Positions 63,359 through 64,000 of a stretch of 64,000 nt of DNA are shown here, one piece after another. Below the pieces are notes generated by a model. The model searched no databases, was not told the DNA's origin, and saw only the letters and a program-made list of their open reading frames with translations. Source of the stretch: a bacterium (GTDB lineage: Bacteria; Zixibacteria; MSB-5A5; WJJR01); the NCBI GenBank assembly GCA_021813505.1, contig JAKAKI010000040.1:56559-120558 (forward strand). The letters are read 5' to 3'. How positions within the stretch are numbered: the stretch's first letter is position 1; each line of letters starts with the position of its first letter. The position numbers were made by a program, and so were the translations under genes.

Positions 63359-64000
63359 CTATAAGAACATCTTTCTAAACAGAGACGAGAGCAAATAGTT
63401 CAAATCGAATGCCGCTGACTCGATGTTGACACGGCTAGAACAGGTGCCGGTATGGAGAATCGTACTTCTGAGATCGTACAGTTCTTGGAATCTCTTCTTG
63501 GCATTCTCTCCTAAGTACCCCTTGACCAATCTCCGACATGCTTTCCCAATCGACTCAAATCGAGCTTCGCCGAGCACAGATAAGAGGGATTCCCTTTCGC
63601 TGGGGCTTAGCACTGCCTTCTGGATGACTTGAACCAAACTGCTGATCACCTTCAGTTGCTCGCCTGCGCGCGGCTCGCGAGTGCATAATGCTTCTACGCA
63701 AGTGATCAAGATCAGGAAGCGGGCGCGATCGGATGATTCGAAGTTCGAAAGGCCGTATAGTTCTAATGCGAGGCATTGCTGTTCACTCATAACCAAATTG
63801 GCAGCAAAGGCCTCGCAGACAAAATTAGTAAACTCGTCGATTCTTGGCAACTGCGACATGTGCACATTCGACAGATAGGATTGCGGCTGTAACTGTCCGC
63901 CCCAGACACTCAGGCCATGGCGCTCATCGATCACCCGGTAACCTGGAGGCCTCGTATCTCTATCTTTGTCCGATTTGTGGGTTTGGTCTACACCGGTGTC
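63359..64000 (-). CDS. ApeA-like HEPN-domain protein (5' end beyond window)
   Basis: Frame open to 64000; RFLILITCVEAL and LYDLRSTILHTG (R-X4-H); composition visibly more AT-rich than the rest of the window. Confidence 0.68.
   Translation of the reverse strand, partial: DTGVDQTHKSDKDRDTRPPGYRVIDERHGLSVWGGQLQPQSYLSNVHMSQLPRIDEFTNFVCEAFAANLVMSEQQCLALELYGLSNFESSDRARFLILITCVEALCTREPRAGEQLKVISSLVQVIQKAVLSPSERESLLSVLGEARFESIGKACRRLVKGYLGENAKKRFQELYDLRSTILHTGTCSSRVNIESAAFDLNYLLSSLFRKMFL

Noticed and set aside
62954-63398. Short ORFs across the nested palindrome
   Set aside because: Repeated TDK/LVR peptides simply mirror the DNA repeat; no coding evidence

Overview
GC-rich (by eye) core-chromosomal segment of a diderm bacterium. 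LptF/G, outer-membrane beta-barrels, and a Cys-flanked dockerin-like tail on a secreted protease suggest candidate division Zixibacteria or an FCB relative (inference, no database check). From left to right: (1) murJ, a SIMPL protein, an NCS2 permease and comEC; (2) a co-oriented cluster of DUF4388/PATAN-MshEN protein, small TM protein, TPR-roadblock, TM-roadblock, roadblock, MglA GTPase with a long tail, MglB and pilB-pilT-pilC-pilS; (3) ispB-like, vWA protein, eno-ftsB-recO-glyQS, two tandem GT-C-like paralogues, dipeptide epimerase and DUF5131; (4) on the minus strand, cyclophilin, a frameshifted peptide deformylase, tRNA-Leu and pfk-OMP-OMP-gap-pgk-tpiA-secG; (5) NTP-transferase-metK-ahcY, lptFG, yhaM-mreB-rnr-degT-sugar transferase, tRNA-Gly and an S8 protease; (6) a polar amino-acid ABC operon split by a DUF2723 GT / DinB / C10 protease-dockerin block; (7) PspC/LiaF-like genes, a nested palindromic element and a truncated HEPN-like gene. 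The best candidate for an undescribed system is the expanded Mgl module: four roadblock domains, an MglA with a putative membrane-targeting tail and a c-di-GMP-motif adaptor, placed between comEC and the type IV pilus motor genes. Three different REP-like palindrome families occur in intergenic spaces. No CRISPR array, rRNA, transposase or integrase was seen. All family calls come from motif recognition by eye, not from searches.
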